Shown here piece by piece: positions 36,515 to 45,314 of a DNA stretch of 45,314 bases. The stretch lies in sequence record SRR22947725_1942; one strand, written 5' to 3'. The notes beneath the pieces were generated by a model. It had not been told where the DNA came from. It worked only from the letters and a program-made list of their open reading frames with translations, and did not search any database. Position 1 is the stretch's first letter. Each line of letters starts with the position of its first letter. The translations under genes were made by a program, and so were the position numbers.

Positions 36515-37933
36515 TTAGGGAAGTAAGAAAAAACAGATAACAGAAATCACAATTGCTCCGAGAATATTCAATACCAGACCTTCACGGGCCATTTTACCCA
36601 CGGTAATTTCACCGGTGCCAAAAACCACTGCATTAGGAATCGTTGCAACAGGTAGCATGAAGGCACAACTTGCACTCATCGCCGCAGGTATCATTAAAAG
36701 GATTGGATCTAAATTCGAAGCAGTTGCGGCGGCTCCGAGTATGGGCATGAGTACATTAGTCGTGGCTGTATTGCTGGTCATTTCAGTGAGAAAGGTCACT
36801 AGAAGACAGATTCCAAGCAGTAATCCGAAAAGAGGGAGGTTCTCAATACCCGAAAACACGCTGGCAATGGATGCACTGAGACCGGACTGCTTGAAAGCTT
36901 CCCCTAAACAAAGCCCTGCACCAACCAATACCAACATTCCCCAGGGGATTTGGTTGGCAGTCTTCCAGTCAAGGAGGCGATCTCCTTTACCATCACCACT
37001 GGGCAGGCAGAAAAGTACTATTACGGCTAAGAAGGCAACACTGGCATCATTGGCATTGGGCAGATCCAACCAGGTTTTCCATCCACCAAAAGGTTCAGAT
37101 CGGGTGATCCATGCAAGCGCGGTCAGGCCAAAAACAAGGAGTGTTCGGACTTCAGCCACTCGCCAATTTCCCGGATGAGGGAGTGAGATTTCCTTATTGC
37201 CGGTGATTCCACGGGATAACCAAAGCCAGATAACAAGGACCATAATGATTGTCACCGGTATTCCAAATTTCATCCATTCACTAAATGAGAGTTCCGGGTA
37301 TCCCAGGTCAGAATAAGCACCTATCATTACAAGATTGGGAGGAGTTCCAATCGGGGTTCCAATGCCTCCGACATTGGCGGCAAAAGCAATACCCAGAAGT
37401 AAAGGAATGGTCAATTGGTGATTACGACTTCCCTGTATTACGGCAAGAGCCATGGGTAACATCATCAATGTAGTGGCCGTGTTTGAAATCCACATGCTTA
37501 GAAAAGCCGTCGCGATCATAAACCCGAGAATAAGAAATTTTTCGCCGCTCGGACAGGCATTGACCATCATCAGGGCAATTCTTTTGTGGGCTCCACTTTT
37601 TTCCATCGCTTTGGAAAGAAGAAAACCACCAAAGAGAAGAAGGACAAGTGGGTGTCCGTATTTTTCTCCCACAACTTTTGGACTTAACACTCCAAAGAGA
37701 GGCAGTAGGGAAAGAGGAAGGAGAGAGGCGATAGGAATGGGTACCGCTTCGAATATCCACCAGAGTGCTGTCCAAATCGCGATCCCAAGTGTGATGACCG
37801 CTGTGGTTTCCATCTCACCAAAGTGATGAAAAAACCAACTTATCAGAATTGCAAGTGCCGGGGCAGCCAAAAGCATTGGATTACTTCCTTTCGAATCCTG
37901 TGAGTCTGATAAACTTTTCTCCTTATTGGACAT
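36515..37933 (-). CDS. DASS/SLC13 anion:sodium symporter
   Basis: Multiple TM segments. WISNTAT, GTPIGTPPN, EMTSNTAT and AFMLPVATIPNA signatures. Confidence 0.95.
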   Translation of the reverse strand: MSNKEKSLSDSQDSKGSNPMLLAAPALAILISWFFHHFGEMETTAVITLGIAIWTALWWIFEAVPIPIASLLPLSLLPLFGVLSPKVVGEKYGHPLVLLLFGGFLLSKAMEKSGAHKRIALMMVNACPSGEKFLILGFMIATAFLSMWISNTATTLMMLPMALAVIQGSRNHQLTIPLLLGIAFAANVGGIGTPIGTPPNLVMIGAYSDLGYPELSFSEWMKFGIPVTIIMVLVIWLWLSRGITGNKEISLPHPGNWRVAEVRTLLVFGLTALAWITRSEPFGGWKTWLDLPNANDASVAFLAVIVLFCLPSGDGKGDRLLDWKTANQIPWGMLVLVGAGLCLGEAFKQSGLSASIASVFSGIENLPLFGLLLGICLLVTFLTEMTSNTATTNVLMPILGAAATASNLDPILLMIPAAMSASCAFMLPVATIPNAVVFGTGEITVGKMAREGLVLNILGAIVISVICFFLLP

Positions 37934-38012
37934 TTCAATCTTATTAGAACAAATCCCCTTTTAGATTCCGATTTTATTTTACGCATAAATCGAAGTCGTA
38001 AAGGATAATATC

Positions 38013-40166
38013 ATGAAGTTTGTCATTTTACTTTCTCTGTTCATGGGTTTCATTTTTTCTTTGGGTGCTAAATCCCGTCCCAATGTAATTGTCGTGTTGG
38101 TTGATGATATGGGGTATTCTGATCTTGGATCATTTGGCGGAGAAGTCAGAACTCCCCACTTGGATCGTTTAGCAAAAAACGGGTTACGATTTACTCAAAA
38201 TTATAATTCTGCTCGTTGCTGTCCATCCCGGGCTTCTTTGCTTACCGGGCTTTATTCTCATCAAGCCGGGATTGCAAATTTTACGGGCCGGGATTCGACG
38301 GATCGCTTGGGCCCTGCTTACCTTGGGAAACTGAACAAGCAATGTATGACCTTAGCTGAGGTTCTAAAAGGAGTGGGCTACTCGACCTATGGAGTGGGTA
38401 AGTGGCATGTTGGCCACGAGGAGCTGCCTACAGAGCGAGGATTTGACGAATACTATGGATATATCCGTGGGCATAGCACCAGTCAGTGGAAAGCAGGCAA
38501 TTACCAGAGGTTACCCGAAGGCAGAAAAGAGGAATTGAAGTATGAAAACGACGAGTATTATGCAACCGATGCTTTCAATGATTATGCAATCGAGTTTCTC
38601 GGTCAGGCTCAGAAAAAAGAAAAGCCCTTCTTTCTATACCTTGCTCATTCCTCACCCCATTTTCCTTTGGAGGCACCAGCTGAAACCCGGGACTCTTACC
38701 TTAAGACTTATCGTAAGGGTTGGGACAAACTTCGAAAAGAACGTTTTGCAAAACAAAAACAATTGGGACTGGTAACGGATTCGTGGAAATTTACTAAGCT
38801 TTCCGATGTACCGGTTGACCGCGATGACATTGCCAATCAATATGCTGGAAAACCAAACCCTAACTGGAAGGATATACCTCAAAACCGTCAGGAGGACCTT
38901 GTTTACCGAATGGCTACTTTTGCCGCAATGATCGACCATGTGGATCAGGGGATTGGCAAAATCCTATCGCTTTTGGAAAAGGGGGGCGATTTGGAAAATA
39001 CCCTCATTCTATTCACCAGTGATAATGGAGCCTGCTACGAATGGGGGCCCTTTGGTTTCGATCAAAGCAGTCGTAAAGGTTTCACCAAGCTTCACGAGGG
39101 AAAGGAACTTCAAAATGTGGGCGGTCCGGGCACGTATCATTCGGTGGGGAGTGCTTGGTCCTGCTTGAGTAATACTCCATTGCGTATGTATAAGCATTTT
39201 AACCATGAGGGTGGCAATTGTAGCCCACTACTTGTGCATTGGCCAAAGGGAATAATAGATACCGACCGTTGGATTCGCTCCCCTGTTCACCTCATAGACT
39301 TTATGCCTACGGTCCTAGAAGTTTCCCAAGCTCACTACCCAAAGAACTTTAAAGGCGAAGACTTGATTCCGGTTGAGGGCAGGAGCTTGGTTCCTTTCTT
39401 CAACGGGGAAGGAAATACCGACGATCGTGTTCTTTGTTTCGACCATTTTGAATCAAGTGCGATTCGGAAGGGGGATTGGAAATTGGTGCGTGGAAACAAC
39501 CGATATAAGAATCGGACTTGGGAACTTTATAACTTAGCTGAGGACCGATGCGAAACGAACAATCTAATTGATTCTCACGCGGCCAAAGCAGAAGAACTGG
39601 AGGCTGAGTGGTTGCAGTGGGCAAAGCGGGTTAAGGTCAGTCCTTACTACAGTCATGTAGTAGAAAATCCAGCCAAGGTAAGAAAAAAACTGAAGAAAGA
39701 TGCTCAGGGGTCTTATATTTTAAAACATGGGGACCAAGTCGCTCGTGAGTACGCACCTAAGTTTGCCCAGAAATCCATAGAGATAAAACTTTCCATTACA
39801 CGAGGGAAGGAAAAGAGCGGAGTTTTGATTTCCCATGGCGGAAACCATTGTGGCTATTCTCTTTATCTCGTTGATGGAAGGCCGGTTTTTTCCTGTCGTT
39901 TGGAAGGAGCCTTACACACTATTCGGGCAAACAAAATTCTGACTAAGGAACGAGCTTCCCTGTCAGCAGAAATTTTATACGATGGGAGAGTATTCCTTAA
40001 AATTGATGGCAAGGTGGAAGGGAGAGGAAAACTACCGGGGCTTTTTAATAGCCATCCTCAGGATCCGCTTGAGATTGGAAATGATTCTCAGTCTACAGTG
40101 GTAGCATATGATTCAAGTTCACGCTTTAAAGGCAGGCTCCATGAGGTTAAACTCAAGCTTAAATAG
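38013..40166 (+). CDS. Arylsulfatase (S1) with C-terminal LamG/concanavalin-like domain
   Basis: RPNVIVVLVDDMG, CCPSR, GKWH, SPHFPL, SDNGA and NTPLRMYK..HEGG. C-terminal GVLISHGG..GYSLYL..LEIGND..FKGRL. Confidence 0.94.
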   Translation: MKFVILLSLFMGFIFSLGAKSRPNVIVVLVDDMGYSDLGSFGGEVRTPHLDRLAKNGLRFTQNYNSARCCPSRASLLTGLYSHQAGIANFTGRDSTDRLGPAYLGKLNKQCMTLAEVLKGVGYSTYGVGKWHVGHEELPTERGFDEYYGYIRGHSTSQWKAGNYQRLPEGRKEELKYENDEYYATDAFNDYAIEFLGQAQKKEKPFFLYLAHSSPHFPLEAPAETRDSYLKTYRKGWDKLRKERFAKQKQLGLVTDSWKFTKLSDVPVDRDDIANQYAGKPNPNWKDIPQNRQEDLVYRMATFAAMIDHVDQGIGKILSLLEKGGDLENTLILFTSDNGACYEWGPFGFDQSSRKGFTKLHEGKELQNVGGPGTYHSVGSAWSCLSNTPLRMYKHFNHEGGNCSPLLVHWPKGIIDTDRWIRSPVHLIDFMPTVLEVSQAHYPKNFKGEDLIPVEGRSLVPFFNGEGNTDDRVLCFDHFESSAIRKGDWKLVRGNNRYKNRTWELYNLAEDRCETNNLIDSHAAKAEELEAEWLQWAKRVKVSPYYSHVVENPAKVRKKLKKDAQGSYILKHGDQVAREYAPKFAQKSIEIKLSITRGKEKSGVLISHGGNHCGYSLYLVDGRPVFSCRLEGALHTIRANKILTKERASLSAEILYDGRVFLKIDGKVEGRGKLPGLFNSHPQDPLEIGNDSQSTVVAYDSSSRFKGRLHEVKLKLK

Positions 40167-40193
40167 TAAACAAATATATTTATCTAAATCAGA

Positions 40194-41135
40194 ATGAACT
40201 TAATAAAATCTGCCTGCCTCCTCTTAACATTAGCCCTATTTGCATCCGCAAAAAATGAAAACCCCGATCTAAACTTTGGTAAACAAGTCAGCGATAGTGG
40301 AATTCGGCATTCATTTTTAATCTGCGGAAACAAAACTGTCCTTATAAACGAGGATAATCAGATTGTATGGCAAACCAACGGGTATGGGCGGGATGGATTT
40401 GTTTTGGGGAATGGAAATATTTTGGTTTCGGTGGGAAATGTGGCGAAAGAAATTACTCGTGAAGGGAAGCTGGTATGGAGTTATAAATTGAGTAAAGGGA
40501 ATAAAGAACTGGGGACTTGCATGCGGCTTGAGAATGGAAATACATTGGTTGTCGAGCGGGGTGTAAAGCCACAATTATTGGAAGTCGATCTAAAGGGATC
40601 CATTGCTGTACGCGTTCCCCTTCAACCCGATACCAATAATGCTCACATGCAAACCCGGATGGCTCGCAAACTGCCTAATGGAAATTATATTGTTCCTCAT
40701 CTGCTCGCTTTTGCTGTAAAGGAATATAAACCGAATGGTACTGTAGTAAGGACCATTAAAACGGATTTGACTGAGCTGGGTGGGCGTAAACAGAGAAATT
40801 GGCCATTTACTGCAATTCATTTAAAGGGTGGAAACCTTTTGGTTAACTTAACCAATGGAAATAAAACCGTAGAGTTCAATCGAGATGGAAAAGTTGCCTG
40901 GCGGGTGGATAATTCTGATGTGGGGGGAAGGTTTGCCGATCCATGTGGAGGGCAGCGTCTAGCAAATGGGAATACGATTATCTGTAGTTACGGGCAAAAA
41001 AAGGGAGATATGCCCAAAATCTTTGAAGTTACAAAAGATAAAAAAGTCGTATGGGAATATTTCAATCCTCAAGTCCGCGCTCATGAAGTTCATGTGATTA
41101 GTACCAATGGAAAAAAAGAAGGATCTTTAAAGTAG
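40194..41135 (+). CDS. Exported beta-propeller protein, arylsulfotransferase(ASST)/PQQ-like repeats
   Basis: Repeated xLxNGNx(L/I)V blades (LGNGNILV, RLENGNTLV, KLPNGNYIV, HLKGGNLLV, RLANGNTII) and EV..D.KVVWEY. Confidence 0.7.
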   Translation: MNLIKSACLLLTLALFASAKNENPDLNFGKQVSDSGIRHSFLICGNKTVLINEDNQIVWQTNGYGRDGFVLGNGNILVSVGNVAKEITREGKLVWSYKLSKGNKELGTCMRLENGNTLVVERGVKPQLLEVDLKGSIAVRVPLQPDTNNAHMQTRMARKLPNGNYIVPHLLAFAVKEYKPNGTVVRTIKTDLTELGGRKQRNWPFTAIHLKGGNLLVNLTNGNKTVEFNRDGKVAWRVDNSDVGGRFADPCGGQRLANGNTIICSYGQKKGDMPKIFEVTKDKKVVWEYFNPQVRAHEVHVISTNGKKEGSLK

Positions 41136-41184
41136 CAATTTTTAAATATTTGCCATGAATGAAATTCATGCCTTCAGTAAAAAT

Positions 41185-41676
41185 ATGAAGAGTATTTTGT
41201 TCCTACTTCCCGCAATTCTTCTTTTTCCTCTGCTAGGATTTTCTGAATCTCTAGAACCATCAGAGGATCGAAGGAAAGTTGAATTTTTTGAAAAGCTATA
41301 TGACACAACGATCACGGGAATAAAACCAATCGGAGAATACGATGATCCGGATACTTTTTATTCTGAAATCGCCAAGCAGGTCGGTATTCCAGAGATTGTT
41401 TATAAAGCGGTTGAAAAAAAGTTTGGATGGAAAAACGATGATAAGAACTTTCTTGCTCTGATGATAAAGGGTGGGGGGAACTCGGATGACTGGGGGGTGA
41501 TGGTGACCAGGATTCCTAATTCTATTAAAGGTTTTAAGGAAGAAATTATGAGCACGAAGTCCGAAGCAGAAAAAAAAGAAATCAAGACAAGGATGCTTGA
41601 TGTGCTAAAAGATATGGAAATGAAAATGGTGGTTATTGGGTATGATGGAAAGGTTTCCTTTCCTAAGAAGAAATAA
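41185..41676 (+). CDS. Hypothetical exported protein
   Basis: ORF with signal peptide MKSILFLLPAILLFPLLGFS. An alternative start exists at 41155. Confidence 0.75.
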   Translation: MKSILFLLPAILLFPLLGFSESLEPSEDRRKVEFFEKLYDTTITGIKPIGEYDDPDTFYSEIAKQVGIPEIVYKAVEKKFGWKNDDKNFLALMIKGGGNSDDWGVMVTRIPNSIKGFKEEIMSTKSEAEKKEIKTRMLDVLKDMEMKMVVIGYDGKVSFPKKK

Positions 41677-41680
41677 GTGT

Positions 41681-42058
41681 ATGCTTCGGGTTCCTAACTT
41701 TGCTTTGATCTTTCTTACCTGCGTAAGCGGTTGCTCGGTTTTTCAAACTGAAGAAGTAAAGGAGTTTTCTATGACTTGGAAAGTAGACCGCAATCAAAAC
41801 AACAAGGGACATAATCTGGTTGAATTTGAATTTGTGGATTTTCCAGGCCATGTAATTGGTCATTACTCAAATGGTTTAATTGATCACTTGGAGCGACAGG
41901 GTAAGGAAGAGGTCATTATTCAAATTGAAATAACCCGTGATATTTTCGATGAAGTAATTGGGTATAGCGAATCTGATATTGCTGGCTACGATGGAAATGC
42001 TTCCACTTTTTCTTATTATGGTACAAATGGAGATCCTCCTGTTTCACCCTTTGAATAA
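41681..42058 (+). CDS. Hypothetical lipoprotein
   Basis: ATG 4 nt after the previous stop. Hydrophobic leader ending VSGC. Confidence 0.72.
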   Translation: MLRVPNFALIFLTCVSGCSVFQTEEVKEFSMTWKVDRNQNNKGHNLVEFEFVDFPGHVIGHYSNGLIDHLERQGKEEVIIQIEITRDIFDEVIGYSESDIAGYDGNASTFSYYGTNGDPPVSPFE

Positions 42059-42177
42059 AGATAGTTTTTATTTTAAACCCTTTATGAATTTTTCAAGAAG
42101 GGAGCGAAGACTGGAAAAGAGTTAACAATGCCATGAATATGAATATGGCGTGCTTTCAATTTATAAACTTATTTACT

Positions 42178-42618
42178 ATGAGTAGATTATTCTTTCTCTC
42201 TTTGCTTTTCTTAATGGTTTCCTGCTTGGATTTCGGTGACGATATCGAACTGGATGGAGCCGAGATCACGGGGAAAGAAATGAATTATGTATCCAAGCTT
42301 ACTGGGGTAGTTTTTCCTGATGGAACGGAACCTATTGGCTATTACTTTTTGGGATCTGGGATCGATCGATCTTTGGCCTTAAAAGTGGCAATCCCTGAAG
42401 CTGAAAAAGAAGCGTTTATGAGAAACGATATTTTTAAAAATGGTAGTAACTCAAAGTCTGATTATCATTTTGCTCAGAAACAAAAATGGTGGAAGGTGGA
42501 GGAATTAAAGGACCGAATTGATCGAGCACTCGAGCTTCCTAAGTTAAAATTTGTTGAATGTATTCTTGGGCGGGAAGACGGTAATCTACATGCCTATGTG
42601 ACATGGTTTGAAATCTAA
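42178..42618 (+). CDS. Hypothetical lipoprotein
   Basis: MSRLFFLSLLFLMVSC lipobox-like leader. Ends 11 nt before avtA. Confidence 0.75.
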   Translation: MSRLFFLSLLFLMVSCLDFGDDIELDGAEITGKEMNYVSKLTGVVFPDGTEPIGYYFLGSGIDRSLALKVAIPEAEKEAFMRNDIFKNGSNSKSDYHFAQKQKWWKVEELKDRIDRALELPKLKFVECILGREDGNLHAYVTWFEI

Positions 42619-42629
42619 GAATAAAACGA

Positions 42630-43889
42630 ATGAAATTTTCAGATTTTGGTAAACGGTTTGCGGGTGAGATAGGCATTGGCGAGTTGATGGATGATTTAGG
42701 GGATGCCCTCGTCTCTGATCCTGCGCCCTTGATGCTTGGTGGTGGGAACCCAGCACATATAGCTGGAGTGCAGGCTTTATTCCGGTCAAGGATGAAGGAT
42801 ATTCTTTCCAGTGCGGGAGAATTTGAGCGATTAATTGGAAACTATGACACTCCGCAAGGTGCTAAGGCATTTGTAGGTGCCTTGGCCGATTTGTTTCGTG
42901 ATGAGTTCGGTTGGAGTATCGGACCTGAAAATATTGCCCTGACCAATGGAAGTCAGAACGCCTTCTTTTCTCTTTTTAATTTATTCGCTGGGAAGTTTGA
43001 AGGTGGGCACTCAAAGCAGATTCTTTTGCCGCTGGCCCCTGAATACATCGGTTATTCCGAAGTGGGCTTGGAACCTAATTTTTTCCAAGCCAATCGTCCA
43101 GATATCGAATTATTAGATGATAGATTATTTAAGTACCGTGTTGATTTTGACCGACTTAAAATGAACGATAGTATTGGAGCAATTTGTTTTTCCAGACCAA
43201 CTAATCCGACTGGTAATGTGGTCACAGATGATGAGGTGTCACGACTTCGAGAACTTGCCAATGCTCAGGGTATTCCTCTGATTATTGATAACGCGTATGG
43301 CACGCCTTTTCCCAATATTATTTACACGGAAGCACAGCCGGTTTGGGATGAAAATATTATACTTTGCTTAAGTTTGTCCAAGTTTGGGTTGCCCAGTTTG
43401 CGCACGGGTATCGTGATTGCCCGGAAAGAAATCATTCAGGTTATTTCACGGATGACTTCTGTTTTTAGTCTTGCTCCGGGTAGTCTCGGACCTGCTCTCG
43501 CTTTGGACTTGGTAAAGAGTGGTGAAATTACCAGAGTGAGTAATGAAATGGTTAAACCATTTTACGAAGAGAAGGCCAATAGGGCTGTGGCACAACTTCG
43601 AAGAGAAATGGGTGAGCATATTCCGATGAGGATTCATAAGCCCGAAGGAGCCTTGTTCCTATGGCTATGGTTCGAGGGTTTGCCGATAAGCAGTCAGGAA
43701 CTGTATCAAAGACTCAAGAAAAAGGGAGTCCTTGTGGTGTCCGGCCATTATTTCTTTCCCGGCATGGAAGAAGACAACTGGGAGCATAAGGGAGAATGCA
43801 TACGAGTTACTTACGCTCAGGATGAAGAAGTAGTGGCTAAAGGAATTCGTTTAATTGCTGAAGAAATTATAAAAGTTTTTGCTCAATGA
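42630..43889 (+). CDS. avtA: Valine--pyruvate transaminase
   Basis: MKFS.FG..F, LMDDL, MLGGGNPA, NIALTNGSQ.AFF.LFN, PLAPEYIGY, SRPTNPTGN, DNAYG.PFP, SLSK.GLP and IHKPEGA.FLW. Confidence 0.95.
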   Translation: MKFSDFGKRFAGEIGIGELMDDLGDALVSDPAPLMLGGGNPAHIAGVQALFRSRMKDILSSAGEFERLIGNYDTPQGAKAFVGALADLFRDEFGWSIGPENIALTNGSQNAFFSLFNLFAGKFEGGHSKQILLPLAPEYIGYSEVGLEPNFFQANRPDIELLDDRLFKYRVDFDRLKMNDSIGAICFSRPTNPTGNVVTDDEVSRLRELANAQGIPLIIDNAYGTPFPNIIYTEAQPVWDENIILCLSLSKFGLPSLRTGIVIARKEIIQVISRMTSVFSLAPGSLGPALALDLVKSGEITRVSNEMVKPFYEEKANRAVAQLRREMGEHIPMRIHKPEGALFLWLWFEGLPISSQELYQRLKKKGVLVVSGHYFFPGMEEDNWEHKGECIRVTYAQDEEVVAKGIRLIAEEIIKVFAQ

Positions 43890-44599
43890 AATCTTGTTTA
43901 ACTTTTGGTGTTTTCTTGTGTTTTTGGATGTCCTTCATTTCCATCTCGGCTATTCCACTACCCACGAATGAGGATGTGGGGTCTAAAAGTAAGCTTGGCC
44001 AGAATGGCATAGTACGATCTTATTTAGTTGGAGCTGTTCTAACTCAGGCGGAGGAGAAAATTATTTTGAAACTAGCCAAGAAAAGAGGAATCAAAAGAGT
44101 CGGCAAGATTGTAACACATTACATGCTTCCAAGCTCAGCCAAAGCCATTCGCGTAGAAGGTTTTGCTGAGAAAAAAGGGAGGGAGGTTTCAAGGGAAATC
44201 TTGAGCGTTACTCGTAAGGGATGGACCTTCCCCAATGCTAAGCCCGGGAAGAATGATTTAGTTTTAGGCGATTTTTGGGCTGGCAATGTTTATGTGAGAA
44301 AACAATTTGAACTGAATGTGAGCGGCAAGATCTACTTGTGTAGTTCAGTTATTGGCATGTCGATTGAAGAAGCGGAATCTCTCCTTGGCATGTTTCAAAA
44401 TAAAAAGTTTAAGGTCAACCCCAGCGTTCGCCAAAACTCTCTAGATGAGGTTAATTGGACTCAACCTACTCGTTTTAGTCGGAAAGGGGATATTATCTCA
44501 GTTGGATTTCTTGCTAAAGATGAAGGTTTTTTCGATCTTCAAATTAAGGAAGAAAGCGGTATTCTAACTATTCTTCAAATGATGCAGGCAATGCCTTGA
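43886..44599 (+). CDS. Hypothetical exported basic protein
   Basis: 237-aa ORF with ATGA overlap with avtA and an N-terminal signal peptide. Confidence 0.75.
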   Translation: MKSCLTFGVFLCFWMSFISISAIPLPTNEDVGSKSKLGQNGIVRSYLVGAVLTQAEEKIILKLAKKRGIKRVGKIVTHYMLPSSAKAIRVEGFAEKKGREVSREILSVTRKGWTFPNAKPGKNDLVLGDFWAGNVYVRKQFELNVSGKIYLCSSVIGMSIEEAESLLGMFQNKKFKVNPSVRQNSLDEVNWTQPTRFSRKGDIISVGFLAKDEGFFDLQIKEESGILTILQMMQAMP

Positions 44600-44754
44600 T
44601 TATTTCTCTGATTTTATTCCAAAGGGCATTAGCTGGAGAGAAAGTAGTATTTTTGCATGAATTATTTTTATAGTCAGATAATTTCATCTATGTTTCTATC
44701 ATGGAATAAAACTTACTCTGTTAATGAATTAACCTTCCTAAAACCAAAGATAAA

Positions 44755-45000
44755 ATGAAAGTAATCTTTCTCTTAAGCATCTTACTCTTTCTGTTTAGTT
44801 CCTGCAGTTATTCTTCTTCAAGAGGTTGGAGTTTTTCAAACAGCGAATCATTTGAGAAAGAAAAGGCCCGACGCAGGGCAGTGGATCGAAAAACAGATAG
44901 GATTTTGGAAGTCGGCAGAATCGAGGATCGAGCAGAGGCCCGGAGGCAGGGCAAGGGAGAAGTTTTCGAGGAGGAATTTTTCCGATCGACCCGACCATGA
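44755..45000 (+). CDS. Small hypothetical lipoprotein
   Basis: MKVIFLLSILLFLFSSC lipobox followed by a charged helical tail. Confidence 0.65.
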   Translation: MKVIFLLSILLFLFSSCSYSSSRGWSFSNSESFEKEKARRRAVDRKTDRILEVGRIEDRAEARRQGKGEVFEEEFFRSTRP

Positions 45001-45080
45001 TGTTTCTTTGACTATTATTTTACTTGTTCCGAACAACTTCTGATGGGCGGTGGTTGGAAAGCCTTTTAATTAAAAAAAAG

Positions 45081-45314
45081 ATGAAAAAAATACATTTCAC
45101 TGGAATTTTTGGAATAAGCTTTCTCATGCTGTTTTCTTCCTGCAAAGAGATCGAATCCCATTGGAAGAGTGATGATATGAAAAAGGTCATCTCCGCCACC
45201 TCCTTTGCAAATTCTAACATGACTTGTCGTGCTTTTCGGGTGTATGACTCTTATCCTGATGGAGAAAAAAACTTGGAAGGTAATTCCTTGCATGGTTATG
45301 AGATCATTTCAGCT
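45081..45314 (+). CDS. Hypothetical lipoprotein (3'-truncated by window edge)
   Basis: Not in the ORF track because it has no stop. MKKIHFTGIFGISFLMLFSSCKEIESHW... stays open to the window end. Confidence 0.7.
   Translation, partial: MKKIHFTGIFGISFLMLFSSCKEIESHWKSDDMKKVISATSFANSNMTCRAFRVYDSYPDGEKNLEGNSLHGYEIISA

Noticed and set aside
1-45314. tRNA/rRNA, CRISPR arrays, transposases, integrases, prophage or defence genes
   Set aside because: None recognisable. Intergenic gaps are short (at most about 300 nt) and show no repeat-spacer or cloverleaf patterns.

Overview
A gene-dense chromosomal segment, most likely from a marine PVC bacterium (Verrucomicrobiota, probably Opitutales). This is inferred from the Rhodopirellula/Verrucomicrobium-type ECF sigma/FecR pairs, PVC-type haem-binding proteins and DUF1080/ThuA proteins. 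It encodes about 35 proteins, mostly exported. These include seven Cys-type S1 sulfatases (four in tandem), two ECF sigma/anti-sigma pairs each linked to a PVC-type beta-propeller/HEAT/cytochrome-c protein and a ThuA-like protein, two DUF1080 domains, a Tat Gfo/Idh/MocA oxidoreductase, a Tat TIM-barrel protein, two esterases and a DASS transporter. Also present are ppnP, a 2Fe-2S ferredoxin, avtA and a run of small orphan (lipo)proteins. I recognised no glycoside hydrolase, TonB receptor, RNA gene, CRISPR array or mobile element. The most notable observations are: (i) three tandem sulfatases in which loss of the GKWH His and the CxPxR Pro co-varies with gain of a His in a neighbouring loop; (ii) a twice-repeated sigma/anti-sigma + haem dehydrogenase + ThuA + de-decorating hydrolase module, which may be a glycosidase-free oxidative glycan-cleavage system; (iii) a candidate ECF promoter, GGCAA-N14-GGAGT, found twice; and (iv) an unannotated orphan DUF1585 gene remnant. 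All family calls come from manual motif recognition, and no searches were run.
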